Below, piece after piece: positions 28,191 through 41,344 of a DNA stretch of 64,000 bases; within the stretch, counting starts at the first letter, position 1; the number at the start of each line of letters is the position of its first letter. Below the pieces are notes generated by a model. That model ran no database searches, was not told the origin of the DNA, and saw only the letters and a program-made list of their open reading frames with translations. Source of the stretch: Schmidtea nova (taxonomy: Eukaryota); the NCBI GenBank assembly GCA_044892505.1, contig CM097882.1:427490001-427554000 (forward strand), in the 5' to 3' direction. A program made the position numbers and the translations under genes.

Positions 28191-28269
28191 CCATTATCCT
28201 CATCATTTGGCCTTCTTTCTTCATTGCCTTCTACCACTCTGTCTTTCCCGCAGTCAACTGCATTAACAG
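16846..28269 (+). CDS. Mucin PTS exon 2 (11,424 nt, about 3,808 aa)
   Basis: Acceptor ttttatttcag|CT ACA AAT CCA ATC. Length divisible by 3 (phase 1-1). No stop noticed in the Thr frame while reading. Same 3' end and donor (ACA G|gttata) as exon 1. Missing from the ORF track because it has no in-frame start codon. Confidence 0.85.
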
Positions 28270-29511
28270 GTTATATTTTGATTTTTAATAATTTCATGTT
28301 TGTTTCCCTAATGAAATATTAATCGTTTATTATTTATCCGCCAGACGGGAGTATGTATATATTATTCACAAATAATATATGCATCACATAATAATCACTT
28401 ATAAATTATAATCACGAGTATAATTTAATAATATTTATGGTAATATTAATGTAAGTGATAATGAAATAATAAACAATAAGTCACTTATTTATATATTTTT
28501 TTAAAATTTCTTTTTTTTATTAAAAGTTATTTAGTTAATCTACGATAAGTTGATAATTAAATAATTAATAAAAAATTGAAAATAATTATTGTCTAACATT
28601 TATAAGTGAATAATTATTTTAGAATGTTAAGTTGCATAAATTATAAAATTAAAGAAAAATTAAAAAATTACAAAATTATGTGAAGTGAAAATATATTTAT
28701 ATATCTTGTGTGATTTATGGAATGCGAACGATTACGTTATAATACGGACAGGGATATTGAGGCAGAATGATCCTACCCCCCTACCACTGTCAAATCTGAA
28801 TTGATACATCAATAATTACAAACTATTTAGCGAAATAAAATAATTTGCTCTATAATATCGGACAAATAACGAAACTATGAATGCACTACTAAACGTCGCC
28901 TATTTCCCTGCAGGAAATGGAAGTAACTGCTCTGAAGATAAAGGAAATTTTGTTCAGATTTTTTTTAACTGTGTGTAATATTCTTTCAAATTTAACCTAA
29001 TGTTCTGTTTATTTTTAAGTATTACAGGTAGGATTTAACTGCCTAACTCCACACGTCTTTTTGATCAAACAGCCTTAACTCGAAAAATAACAATATTTAT
29101 TTTGCCTTAAACGAATCGTTAATGAAATTTAATAAATATTTATGAGTTTACCAATGCTGAACTACCCTATCCTACTTGTGGTAAGAACAATTTCTGTTCT
29201 TTGGAATTCTCAAATATTACATCGAATGACGTTCTGACTGCGTTCTCTTGTTTGTTTATTTATAACAGTCGAATTTTTCTTCAGCAAATGGTAAATTTCT
29301 TCTACTGCTTGTCGGATTCGGCCTTTATTTTAAAGGGTTTCCGCCACATCCCAACATTGACTAAATTCCTACTAAATTGGATTTTATCTACTACCCACAA
29401 GGGTTTACGAGAACTGTTTTTATTGAACAAGAATATTTAAAGAAGTTTCAATTATTTGACGGTCACTTAGCTTTTTGTAATCAGCATATTATAATCTTAT
29501 TTTGTTTTGGG

Positions 29512-30125
29512 CAGGCATGCGCAACTTTTTCGTTATTGACGACCGCATTACAGACTTTTTATTTTAATAACGACTACCAGTAAGTTTAGAAAACCTAATA
29601 ATGTTTTATGATTTATATAAAAATTTACATATAACGCAATAAAACAGAGTGTGATATTTCTGACAGTATCCAATTTACTGGTCTACATATGTAAAAAAAT
29701 GTCTATGTAACGTTATATAGGACAAAAAACGTTTTTCAGCAATTATTTTAAGATCTTTGGAAAACATCGCCAATAATGGTTTACTTGCTCTTGCATGTTT
29801 GCAGACAGACTTGCAAAGTCAGGGGACTCGCTGGAGACCATCAACCGTATTTTAGACTCTAAATTGCTTTCTACCAATCGGTTTCGGAACTTGTTTTTCA
29901 GATATTTCATTCTGGCAAACGCTGCTTTGAACAAATAAGTGCTTCCGAAAAGAACGAGAATGTTTCTGGCCAGTTCTCCTAGCTGTGGGTATTCTGCTGC
30001 TGATTTCCACGTATCCAGCAAGTCGCTTTCATCCCCAAACCTTTTTAATAGTTGCTCATTGTTCTTTAACTCCACTTGTTCTATTTGAAGATACAACGGT
30101 GTACTCTCTGTCTCCACCAAATGAC
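29512..30125 (-). mobile_element. hAT transposon 3' remnant, duplicate copy
   Basis: ORF 29743..30120 is a more intact version (...RNRLVESNLESKIRLMVSSESPDFASLSANMQEQVNH). Same candidate TIR at 29512. Confidence 0.8.
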
Positions 30126-30553
30126 CAGAAGCAACGAGTCTTATCTCTTTGTCTTCTAAAAACGAAAAGATTTTGCAAATAATTTTATAAATATATGAAA
30201 TTTTATATCAAAATTCATTAAAATAATACTTGCAACGTTATTTATTTATTCTACAGCTCCCCTATGAAATATTCCAAATATATACACATAAACCTTATTT
30301 TCAAGATAATAAAAATTATTGCAGGTCTCTTAATCTTGTAAAAAAATTTACTTTTTAAAGTATGCATGCATATTTCATTGTATGCTGTGTTTGTGTGTAT
30401 AATTTATTTTTCCTTCTACTTTGTCTATCATATAGTAAATCTCTTAAAATATATAAAGTCAAAATTTATCACCAACGTAAGTTTTCATTTGAAATTGATA
30501 ATTTTTATCTTACTATATATAATCTCTAAATGTATGAAAAGAGGTGTGGTTTT

Positions 30554-30673
30554 CGCATTCAAGATCAATCTTTCAAACATATCATTGACAAGGCTGCTTA
30601 CAATTGATAATGCTTTCCCACATATAACCTTATCAACATGGACATTTTGCAGCACTTGATGAATGCAGATGCT
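30554..30673 (-). pseudogene. Histone H2B-like fragment, duplicate copy
   Basis: Paralog of 8378-8497 at offset 22,176. Confidence 0.75.
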
Positions 30674-30906
30674 GTTTTTTAAGTTGGTTTAGCTTTTGAT
30701 CCATATTCCGAAATATTTGACAGACATTGACCTTGTATCGTGAATTTTATAGCAATCGACAGTTTCATTGTTTCCTGTCTTCACTTTCTGAAAATGATGA
30801 ATGAAATACCAATAACGACTTTTGGAAGTAACAAAGTCAGATCGAAGGTTTTCATTTGATAAGAAGTTGGGTTTTGTTGCTTTTCAGTAAGCAATCTTCT
30901 CCCTGT

Positions 30907-31172
30907 TATCTTAAATTCTTTCAAGATCTCAATAGTCTCCACCAACGGTTCTTAAAATATGCGGTCGGTCAATCTTTAGGCATTGAAATCGATATTATTT
31001 GGGTTAATTGCAACTTGCTTTTTTTGCAGAATCTCCAATCAGTAAATGCTACATAACTGAGAGTTGTATGATTTCGTTGTTCGATGACAATAACTTCCAC
31101 TTTGCCATGTTAAAACACTCCAACGCATGAATCGGTAGTGCCAAAATTGATATCAATTGCATAACCAGACAT
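30907..31172 (-). pseudogene. HSP70: HSP70 N-terminal fragment, duplicate copy
   Basis: Paralog of 8731-8996 at offset 22,176. Confidence 0.85.
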
Positions 31173-32652
31173 ATTGAATTGAATTTCAAATTCGTATGAA
31201 AGTCACAATTATTATCTAAATTCTATTAAAAATTCAAAACAAATTTTAAATTTTTTTATATTTCCAAAAATCCGTTTTCAAATTTACAAAAGTTATTAAA
31301 TCGCCAAAATTAATTTTACTATTTCGATCAAAAATATTATTGTCTAAAGATTCTTTAACAATTATTTAAATAAATTTCATTTTACATTTTATTTTTATTA
31401 ATATTTCAAATTCACTTGTTATTTAAATTTTGCCTCTAAATCCCCCATACCATTCAAAACCCCATCAACTCTTTTACTAATTAAAATTTATTTTTATTTT
31501 AATTTTACTATGGCCGCAGCTAGGCGCGACCAAGGGATATGGCCATTTTTATAGGAGCACCAAATAATTGTATGCGGTAATCTACCCTGTATCATATATG
31601 GCCAATATGATATAGATTAAATTGCCACATACCTTTCCATTTGGCGCTCATTTTAAAAATCGCCATATTTTGCAAATAGAAGGTAAATTTTAATTTGAAA
31701 ATTAATTAATTGGCTTTTGATAAAGAATAATTGAAAAGAGAAAAGATTAATTTATTTATTTTTCATTTAGCATCAATTTCATCGACAACAAACAAGATCG
31801 GTAATAATTATTTATAATTTATTTTTATAACATTTATACTATTATTATCATTTATTGGGAGTACATTTGACAGTGTTTTGCAGCCAGTATTGCACTAATT
31901 AGGTCAAACATTCACAATTTACCTTATTTATTTATTTCCGATCCTTAATATGTGAAACATACATAAAAAGACAACAATGGCAACGCGACTTGTCAAAAGA
32001 GGAAGTCATTCTATTAAGGGGTGACCCTAACTGCCTAATAGTGAGAACGGCCGCAGGTAGCAAGTGGAGAAAAGAAAAGTTTTAGTAACATCAAAATTGA
32101 GATAATTCTTTTTAATAAACATGAACGTTGTTGCTATGGAAATTGAATTAGTTGAAACGAAAATTTGCGCGCAATTGCGAGCTCTGTGAGAGCTATGAAC
32201 ATTTCATTTAAACATCTTAATACATTTGCAGAATTTGCTTTTCTTTTTTTGCAGAAACAAATTATTCGGGGAAACTGTTTCCTTCGCGGAACTTCTAGGA
32301 AACTTTGAGAACTTTATCATAAACAACATAAACTTGAAATTAATATATTCAGTTTATGTAAATAAGCAATATTTGCTACACTTTATTTTGTTCCTAAGGG
32401 GGAATTCGCAGTATAAAACTGTACAATATAAATGCCGATGTTGAGGAAGAACTGGAGCACCTTTGCTCTGTTTCGGATGATGAACGGAATATTCTCGGTT
32501 ATGACAAATATAGGCCAGATTTGTCACCGGATGTTCATGTCTGTTAGTACGAGCAAATGTTATTTTATGACAACTTTTATAAATTATGTTAAAGATTTAT
32601 TCAAAGATTTATGATATATTTTATGTGTTGACATTTATTTATTTCCCTAAAG

Positions 32653-32863
32653 AAATCGTGACGGGCAAACCAGCAGTGTCAGGGGAATACGAGAGTAAAG
32701 TGGGCATGAACTGCAGATATACATCAGAGGTATACAATGACAATTATAAAGACAGAAATAGCAAAGAATATAAAGAGTTCACAAATAGAATGTTTATAAG
32801 CATGAGAGATAGTCTTTTGCAGAGGTTGTTGAGGCTGATAGAAATCATATTCAATTCTATTGA
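32653..32863 (+). CDS. SEA domain 2, exon a
   Basis: Near-identical paralog of 10471-10681 (211 nt) with the same splice sites. Matches ORF 32586..32867. Confidence 0.8.
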
Positions 32864-32913
32864 GTAAAGTTTTTATTCTTTATATATTTATTCTACTTTC
32901 CCAATATTAACAG

Positions 32914-33044
32914 TCGTGGCAGCGTGATTGCGGATATGCAAATCGTTATGGCGTCGAATTCTTCGATGACTGGATCCAATTTCTCGGCCATAGTAATGTC
33001 AGCAGCAGTTGATGCTTCAAATAACTCTATTATTGTCAATAACT
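32914..33044 (+). CDS. SEA domain 2, exon b (GSVI motif)
   Basis: Paralog of 10732-10862. Reads DRGSVIADMQIVMASNSSMTGSNFSAIV... Donor gttaat. Confidence 0.8.
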
Positions 33045-33094
33045 GTTAATTAATTAATTAAATAATATAATCGTGTTTAACATTTTACCTTTAG

Positions 33095-33130
33095 TTACGG
33101 TCCTTCAATCACCAATAATTGTGGAATACA
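33095..33130 (+). CDS. SEA domain 2, exon c
   Basis: Identical to 10913-10948. The phase-1 donor gtatga joins to tag|CT at 44413. Confidence 0.7.
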
Positions 33131-35109
33131 GTATGAATTTTTTTTTCTTTGTATTTTTGTATATTTATCAAATATTTTTATTATAATATATCATAATAAT
33201 ACTAATAATAATTAAAATAAAAATAATAATAAATAAACTATTAAATAAAAATGACAATTTATTCAAATAAATAAAAGGATACCATTTTTTAAATATATTA
33301 TTACAATATATTCAATAGCTCAGTTGTCATCATCAGCCTTTAAACAATTTCAAAAAAATAAAACTGATCTTATTTATACGCTTATTAATGATTACGTAAT
33401 CACATGTAATAAAACATTTATTAACCCTAGGAAAAATAATTAAAACCTCTCAAAATCCATATAGATATTGCCTTTTATATGTTGTTTTAAGATTAATTGA
33501 TATAATCAAAGGCTTACAATTCATTCGTTCATAATAATTTTTAAAAACCCATAGAAAGTATTTTGAAATTGGAAATATCAATATTTTTTTGCCAGCCTTG
33601 TTACTCTTTCCACTCTTTCTGGCATGCTCTTAAACTCGTGTACATAGATGACGGGTAGTCTCTTCAATGTATGTGGCATTTCACCCATTACAAGTAAAAC
33701 GATATACGAGATCAGAACATAGACAAATGGTACCACAGATTCATTACTGAACATGTCCCGAACTTTGCAAGACTTAGAAATTATTTTAACATTAGTATTT
33801 ATAATATATTTTCTTAAATATACAAAACTCTCAGAAAACGGTAAAACTATAACAGAACCAATACTATCCTTCAAATTATTTTTATTTATTACATTATTAC
33901 TACCTTTAACACCATTGTTTATTCCCGTAACAACATCACCTGTTTCAATCTAAGGAGCACTATGAAGGTAATTAAACGATTCAACACCAGAAGAAATTTT
34001 GTCATCAATCACATTTAACTTATGAATTCACTTTTCAACAGTTTCAATTACTATTCGTTGCAAGAAACATTTTGAATATCCGTTATTCTGTAGTTATTTA
34101 GGTAATTTATCAATACTATTTATAGATTTCTAAAAAGTTGACGGAAATGTCCAAGAACGACAAACCAATCCGATTATGATATTTCTTATTTATTTAAAAT
34201 CATAAAAGCTTTCCGGTGATGGATACAAACCAGTACCTGTTGTTTTCCTATAACTTTCGGTTTCAAAATTCTTAACTTTCTTTTCAATCAACAAATCAAG
34301 AAATAATATTTTTGAATTAATTTCCTATTCCAAAGTAAATTTAATAATTTTATGCAAATTATTCATATAACACAAAATAAGGCTCAACATGTTCTTTATT
34401 CTTAAATTCAAGAAAGATATCGTCAAGATAACGTGTGTATTCTAAAGGTTTATTCACTACAATTTCTAAAATTATTTTCTAAACTTGACATAAAAATAGA
34501 TGCCAGTGTAGTAGATAATGGTGAGCCCATGGCAACACCGTCAATCTGCATATAACTTTTATTATCAAAGATAAATGGACATAGGAAGTAGCAAATGTCA
34601 AAAGTAAAAAAATGTCAAAATCAAAAAGCAATAACATCAATAATATTATGAAGTGAACACTCTATAAATTACAACAAATATCAATCGTTTTTTTAAAGGA
34701 ACATTTGTAAAAAGGCTAACCACATCAAACGAAAATATAAAGTCACCATTCCTATCTTATCTAAATTTACTATAAAAGAGAGTAACTCAAAGCTATCTTC
34801 ACTTTCATATTCTGTCTTAATCAATGGTTTCAACAAACTATTTTTTTTGACAATACAGATCTCATAGGTATATTATCTTTATGTACTTTTGGAAGACCAT
34901 ATAATTTAACAGGTTAGGATCATCGAGACCAAAGTGAATTAACAATATCCTTCTCTATATGGTTATTTAAAATTTAGTCATGAAGTAGAGATATTAATAT
35001 AGTTTCATCTTTTAAAGATGGTAATTTGCCATTCTTTCGAAAATGACAATCTTTTCAAATTGTGGAGATAACAATGCCATTTCTAACTTTTTTATATAAT
35101 CATCATTAT

Positions 35110-38100
35110 TGTAGTATTACTAGGTTGATGGAGATTTATGTTGTGAATTATATTGTTGAAATAATGTTTTTGATTAATATTGAGTGGAGGACGTGTTTTG
35201 TGTAAGAAGTTTGTTAGAACCCAAAAGAGTCTCCCAAAACTTATTGTGGGGACAATTGGGGTGTCTGTTGTGTGCTTGTGTGCGTGTGTATTTGTGTATG
35301 TTTACAACGAACTAACAACTAAACTATATTTAACCAAAACTTTTATTACTTCAAAAAAAACAACCCTTAAAAACATATACTCACGAAAGTTGTTGGATCG
35401 AAAAAGATTGTAAATGTTAAAATTGAATTTTTGATAAACTTTCTATTTTGTCTCTTGATTTTTGTCTCTGCTTTTGAATTAATCCAATATGGATTTCTGT
35501 TAGCTTCGGATCTAGTTTCTTGTAATTAAAATTATTTATTTTGCAAATGGTTATTTCTTTTTAATTCTAAGTAATTTTTTGTTCCATTTAATCAATTTCT
35601 CGGATTCAATTCATATTGTAAATTATTACTTCCTTTGAATTATTTTATTTATTTCTCATTGATTTTTTTATTAATTTTTAAGTTTCTAATATTTTTTAAT
35701 TCTTTTTAATTCTTCTTCTTTTTTCGTTTATTTGACTTGGCATTCCAACAAAAATAATGAGGGGGGTTATCCGATGTCCGCATGGACGCCCCCATGGATA
35801 ATATCGGCGGTAACGATAATAATACCAACAATAAAAATAATAACAACAATAAAAAATAATAATAATAAAAATATACATCATTAACATAACTTCCATCTTT
35901 AAAACCGGCGGTTACACTATTTACAAAAATTCGAACGTGTTCTATATACATATTTCGACTTCTGTGTTGTGTTGTATGTTTATGTATTGTCTTTAACAAC
36001 TCACGCTAAAAATATAAAATATACAACGATCATATATTTGCATGCTATGTAGTGTTGTGCTGTTTGAAGCATTGGCTGTATAGCTTTTTGTATTGGGTGA
36101 TAATCGCGTTTTTGTCAAATTCTTTTATTGCGTTTCTGTTGCTGAATGTTATGTGTTTTTTCTTTGTTTGGGTTTCGTTGTGTGAAGGATTGCATGAGGG
36201 TTTTGGGTTGTAGTGAAATGGTTTTGTTCTACATATATTTATTCTTATTTTGTTGTTGTTTTTATTATTGTGGCCGCGTTTTTGTTGATTTCCAGTAATT
36301 TGAATAGGCCTTATTATTAACTTTCGGAATCTTTTGTATATGGCCTTTTTATTAGTATATAATGTGTTATTAGTATTGTTTTGCCATCGTTCTCTGAGTT
36401 TGGTCTCATTTTTAGTATTCCTTTTGATTTGTTTTCAATGTTCTCACTGCTTTTAGTGGTTATTTGTTTATTTATTTCTTCGTTGTCTTTTATGTTTGCT
36501 TTCTTGTCGAAAGTTACTTGTGTGATAAGTTTGTCTGCTTTCTCTAGTAGTGTGTTTATTTTTGGGCCATGATTCAGGTTTTGTTTTGATTTGTAGTATA
36601 TTGGACCCATTTGGATAACACCAATGTCTATTTTTGAATCGGTTATCACTATGGTTTTGACGGTTTCTTTGTTTGTGTTTGTGTTTTCTGTTAGTGTTTT
36701 ATTTCGGCAGCCTACTGTGAAGTTGTAGTGTGCCAGGAAGTCAGTTCCTATTATTGCTTGTTGAACATCAGCGATTAAAAATGTCCAGCTGTATTTTTTT
36801 GAGTTTATTGTTAAAGTTAGGGTGTGTTCACCAAATGTTTTATGTTTGTGCCATTGGCTGCGGTTAAATGTTTTTCTGCGTTTTTTGAGTTTTTGTGCAG
36901 GTAATGGGGTAATAAGGAGATCACAGAACCAGTGTCAATTAGAAATTCTGTGTCGTTTGATTGCACCATAAATGCATTATTTTTGTCCCCAAATGTGTGT
37001 GCGACTACTGGCAATGTTTCCAGTTTTTTTGTATTTGTTTCGTCAAATGTACTAGCAACTAATGGCAAACTTTTCAAATTTTCTGAGTTTTTTTCGTTTT
37101 ATCTGCATGGTTTTGTGCATTTGAATGCCTTTTCTCCAAATTTGTTATGGAAATAACAAAATTCTTGATTTGCTAGTCTGATTTCTGGTTTACAGAATTT
37201 TTGTCTATTTCCAGATTCTTTGTTTTTATTGTTGTAAAAGTTTTGGTGTTGATTTCCTGAGTTTGGTTTTGGCCTATTGAGCCTGTACAATATTTGATTT
37301 GGACAGTAGTTTTGTTTTAGATTTTTTTCTTAAATTTCTTTTAGTTCTGATTTGAACCTTTTGTTTTCAGTTGATATTTTGTTTAGTTGACTTATTAAAT
37401 TACTAAGAATTTTATTTGTTTCGCTGAATTCAGTTCTTTCGGTTTCATCCTCATCATGTTCATGGTTGGGTATTCTATTTTTGTTTTCCTGAGTACGGTT
37501 AATACTGAGGTAAGCTCCTGTATTTATTTTATGGACCATGTCTGTCAACATTTTATTTTCAGTTTCGTTATTTTCAGTTGTCAACTTTTGCACTGTTCTT
37601 TGCTCATTTGAGTCAAAGTTTGCTATTTTCGCTTCGATTTACTCCTTATTCTGTTTTTGAGGTTTGTGAAATTATTTTGGGTATTATCTATTTGTCTGTT
37701 ATTTGGGAAAGATTCTTGTATTTGTTTTTTATTTGTTTCATCCCTATTTGCTAATATGCCGCAAAGCTTTTCAAAAGGGTTTTTGTTATTGAAAATTTCG
37801 TCTATTTGATCGGAAATTTCATTGCGGATATGACTTGGAATTGCCGTCAATATTTTCGAGCATATTAGTTTTGATGAAGTAATTCCGCTTAAGGATAATG
37901 TCAAATTGGCTACTTTCAACCATGCTTGTAAAGAGCCATTTTCGCTTACGAAGAAATTTGGCATAGGGTTAGTCATTGTCTTAATTTTTTATGGACTTAA
38001 AATTATTTTATTTCTTGTATTTTTACTTGCTATGTTTGTTAGCGAAAATAAAATGAGCTTCTTTTTAAGGATATGGCTTACTGTGTTCAGCCAACAGAGA

Positions 38101-38983
38101 CGCTATTCTTTATACCTCTATAATAGGTATGCTAAAAGAGCTAGCGTTTGAAAAAAACGACGAAGATGTGCTGTTTTTTTCCTTCTGACACCAATTATAT
38201 TGTAGTATTACTAGGTTGGTGGAGATTTATGTTGTGAATTATATTGTTGAAATAATGTTTTTGATTAATATTGAGTGGAGGACGTGTTTTGTGTAAGAAG
38301 TTTGTTAGAACCCAAAAGAGTCTCCCAAAACTTATTGTGGGGACAATTGGGGTGTCTGTTGTGTGTTTGTGTGCGTGTGTATTTGTGTATGTTTACAACG
38401 AACTAACAACTAAACTATATTTAACCAAAACTTTTATTACTTCAAAAAAAACAACCCTTAAAAACATATACTCACGAAAGTTGTTGGATCGAAAAAGATT
38501 GTAAATGTTAAAATTGAATTTTTGATAAACTTTCTATTTTGTCTCTTGATTTTTGTCTCTGCTTTTGAATTAATCCAATATGGATTTCTGTTAGCTTCGG
38601 ATCTAGTTTCTTGTAATTAAAATTATTTATTTTGCAAATGGTTATTTCTTTTTAATTCTAAGTAATTTTTTGTTCCATTTTATCAATTTCTCGGATTCAA
38701 TTCATATTGTAAATTATTACTTCCTTTGATAATTATTTTATTAATTTCTCATTGATTTTTTTATTAATTTTTAAATTTCTAATATTTTTTAATTCTTTTT
38801 AATTATTCTTCTTTTTACGTTTATTTGACTTGGCATTCCAACAAAAATAATAAGGGGGATGGGTTATCCGATGTCCGCGCGGACTCCCCCTTGGATAATA
38901 TCGGCGGTCACGATAATAATACCAACAATAAAAATAATAACAACAATAAAAAATAATAAAAATAAAAATATACATCATTAACA
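35110..38983 (-). mobile_element. Ty3/Gypsy-type LTR retrotransposon, internally deleted (gag and protease only)
   Basis: LTRs at 35110-35886 and 38201-38983 with TG...CA ends. PBS TGGTGTCAGAAG (38193-38182). Polypurine tract AAAGATGGAAG next to the 3' LTR. Imperfect TSD ATTAT/ATCAT. Gag motif FCYFHNKFGEKAFKCTKPC, protease FLIDTGSVISLLP and WTFLIADVQQAIIGTDFL. No RT or integrase motifs seen; frameshifted. Confidence 0.9.
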
Positions 38984-39672
38984 ATCATGATTAAGAAAGA
39001 CTAAACCATTACCTTTATTAAATTTACATATAATAATATTTTTCTTCGATAAATCCTTTAAAGTATAAAATCATTAATTTTTTTTATTTTTTATTCTTAG
39101 TTAAATAATCATTGACATTAATTTATCAATACTATTTCAAATACCATGATTCGGACCAAACTTGAAAATACGCTCTTCATCACTCGTCAATAACACATCA
39201 CTAACATTCAACACAGTATTCTTAACATTAAATGTACACACACCAATTTTTTAATTTGACAATCAATATTTGAACTTAAATAACGTTGTGAATTTAAAAT
39301 TACGGATTTAATGTACATGTAAAAATGAAAATCACAAATTACCTCGTACAAAACCATACTTACTACTGAACGCTGCTTAACAAGATAATTTTCTTCACCT
39401 TTTCTCCAATTCCAAAATTCTCCTTAAAGTTTGTCGATGAATCACTCTACCGTCATCATCGAGTAGAAATTCGTTCAATTTCATTTTAAAAATAAATGCT
39501 GGTATCAGATGATCTTCCAAATTCGTTTCAAAAATGAAATATCTAATTCTTTTTCCCTCACAGATACGTAATGTTTTAAATATTTCTTGAATATTGGAAC
39601 TAAAGTACAATCTAATCTAAATAAACTATTAAATAAAAATGACAATTCATTCAAATTAATAAAAGAACACCA

Positions 39673-39736
39673 TTTTTTAAATATATTATTACAATATATT
39701 TCAACAGCTCAGTTGTCATCCTCAGCCGTTAAACAA
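39673..39736 (-). ncRNA. Candidate hammerhead-ribozyme-like motif in the 5' pLTR
   Basis: CTGAGGA...GAAA core with the same stem III. More degenerate copies at 11105-11169 (-), 33286-33347 (-) and 40429-40492 (+). Confidence 0.4.
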
Positions 39737-39789
39737 TTTCAATAAAATAAAAACTGATCTGATTTTTAAGTTTATTTCTTATATTCTTA

Positions 39790-40506
39790 TTTCTCCTGTC
39801 GTTGATCCGTTTAATTACCTTGATAGTGCTCCTTTGATTGAAACATGCGATGTTGTTATGGGAATGAAATAAATATAATTTGAAGGATAGTATTGGTTCT
39901 GTTATAGTTTTACGTTTCATGTGGGTTTTGTAAATTTTAGAAAATCTATTAAAATAATGTGGGAAATACTAATGTTAAAATAATTTCTAAGTCTTGTTCA
40001 GTAATAAATCTCTGAAGCCATTTGGCCAGAGTTCTGATCTCGTATATCGTTTTACTTGTAATGGGTGTAATGCCACATACATTGGAGAGAATGTCCGTCA
40101 TCTCTGTACACAAGATCAACAGCATACCAGAAAGAGCGGAAAGGGTATTATTTTTAAGCATAAAAAGATTTGCAAGAAAAAAATTGATATTTCAAATTTC
40201 AAAATACTTTCTAGTTGTTTTAAAATTTTTATGAACGTGTGAATTGTGAGCCTTTGATAGTATATCAATTAATTCTAAAATAAACATACAAAATGCAATA
40301 TCTACATAGATTTTGAGAGGTTTTAATTAATCTTACAATGGTTATTAAAAGTTTTATTGGATTGTGCACATGTAATTAGGTAATCATTAATAAGCGTAAA
40401 AATAATATCAGTTTTTATTTTATTTAAATTGTGTAAAGCTTGATGATGAAAACTGAGCTGTTTAAATATATTGCAATAATATATTTTAAAAATGGTGTTC
40501 TTTTAT

Positions 40507-40507
<1 letters not shown>
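39790..40507 (+). mobile_element. Penelope-like element family 1, inverted 3' fragment (GIY-YIG and pLTR)
   Basis: ORF 39994..40242 contains LVYRFTCNGCNATYIGENVRHLCT. Homologous to 13540-14330. Confidence 0.85.

Positions 40508-40592
<85 letters not shown>
40508..40592 (+). repeat. (TAA)n microsatellite
   Basis: Pure TAA run of about 28 units, followed by TAGATAA variants, directly after the PLE pLTR. Confidence 0.98.
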
Positions 40593-40593
<1 letters not shown>

Positions 40594-41344
40594 GATAATA
40601 ATAGATAATAGATAATAATAACAGATAACAATAATAGATAATCAAAAGAAAACATGACAATGATTTATTAATTAAGAAACGCTAACTAATTACATTCAAC
40701 CTTAACGGTATATATTTCGACCAAATAAAAGTCTTCTTCACGCCAGCAAATCAGGATAATCGATAATAAAACCTTTCAAATTGTATGAAGATTCAATTTT
40801 TAAAATAAATCTTTATATATGAAATTTAATTAATTTAATTTATAGAAAAAGAAAATTTATATTTGAAAAGAAAAACTTTTTTTAAAAACACAAAATTTAG
40901 AAAATAAAAATTTCTCAAAAATATACATAATTATAATGGTTAATTGGGTTGTTGCTGAAATTTAAAAGTTACTAATCAAATTTCTGATTCCAAATACGTG
41001 CTTTATTATTCAATAGAATAAAGAATTTAACAGAAATCTTTTGTGATATCAAAACCGATTTCACAATTACACTGGTACAACCAATATATAATATTTTTAA
41101 TGATGAGACAAGATATCCGTCTAAAAATCACTAGCTACTGATTTAAATTTAACATCGGTTAACAATATATTACTTCTTTGCTTTGACTTGAAATTTTGAA
41201 ATTCGGCTCAACAAACTTTTATCAATAAATTTCTCTCAATCAATTTCGCAATAAATTTCCCAATAACCTTTTCTCCATAAGCTTCTCAATAGCACTTTTC
41301 TCACTAATATTCGAAAACACAATTTCTTCACACAACTTTGAATT

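Larger units (their letters stand above)
28270..34590 (+). repeat. Segmental duplication, copy B
   Basis: Collinear with 6094-12436. Near-identical through the SEA exons and visibly more diverged in the PLE part. Confidence 0.95.
33232..39768 (-). mobile_element. Near full-length Penelope-like element family 1, flanked by direct pLTRs and interrupted by an LTR retrotransposon
   Basis: About 140-bp direct repeats at 33232-33370 and 39620-39768. N-terminal PLE motifs VLNVSDVLLTSDEERIFKFGPN and LKDLSKKNIIICKFNKGNGLV (38984-39260) continue across the insertion as NDDYIKKLEMALLS, then YGLPKVHK, RT and endonuclease. Decayed. Confidence 0.8.

Noticed and set aside
35180-38504. Duplicated 77-aa ORFs at 35180 and 38271 as genes
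   Set aside because: They lie inside the two LTRs and have no recognisable protein features.
40424-40660. Poly-Leu ORF resembling a signal or transmembrane peptide
   Set aside because: Antisense reading of the (TAA)n microsatellite.
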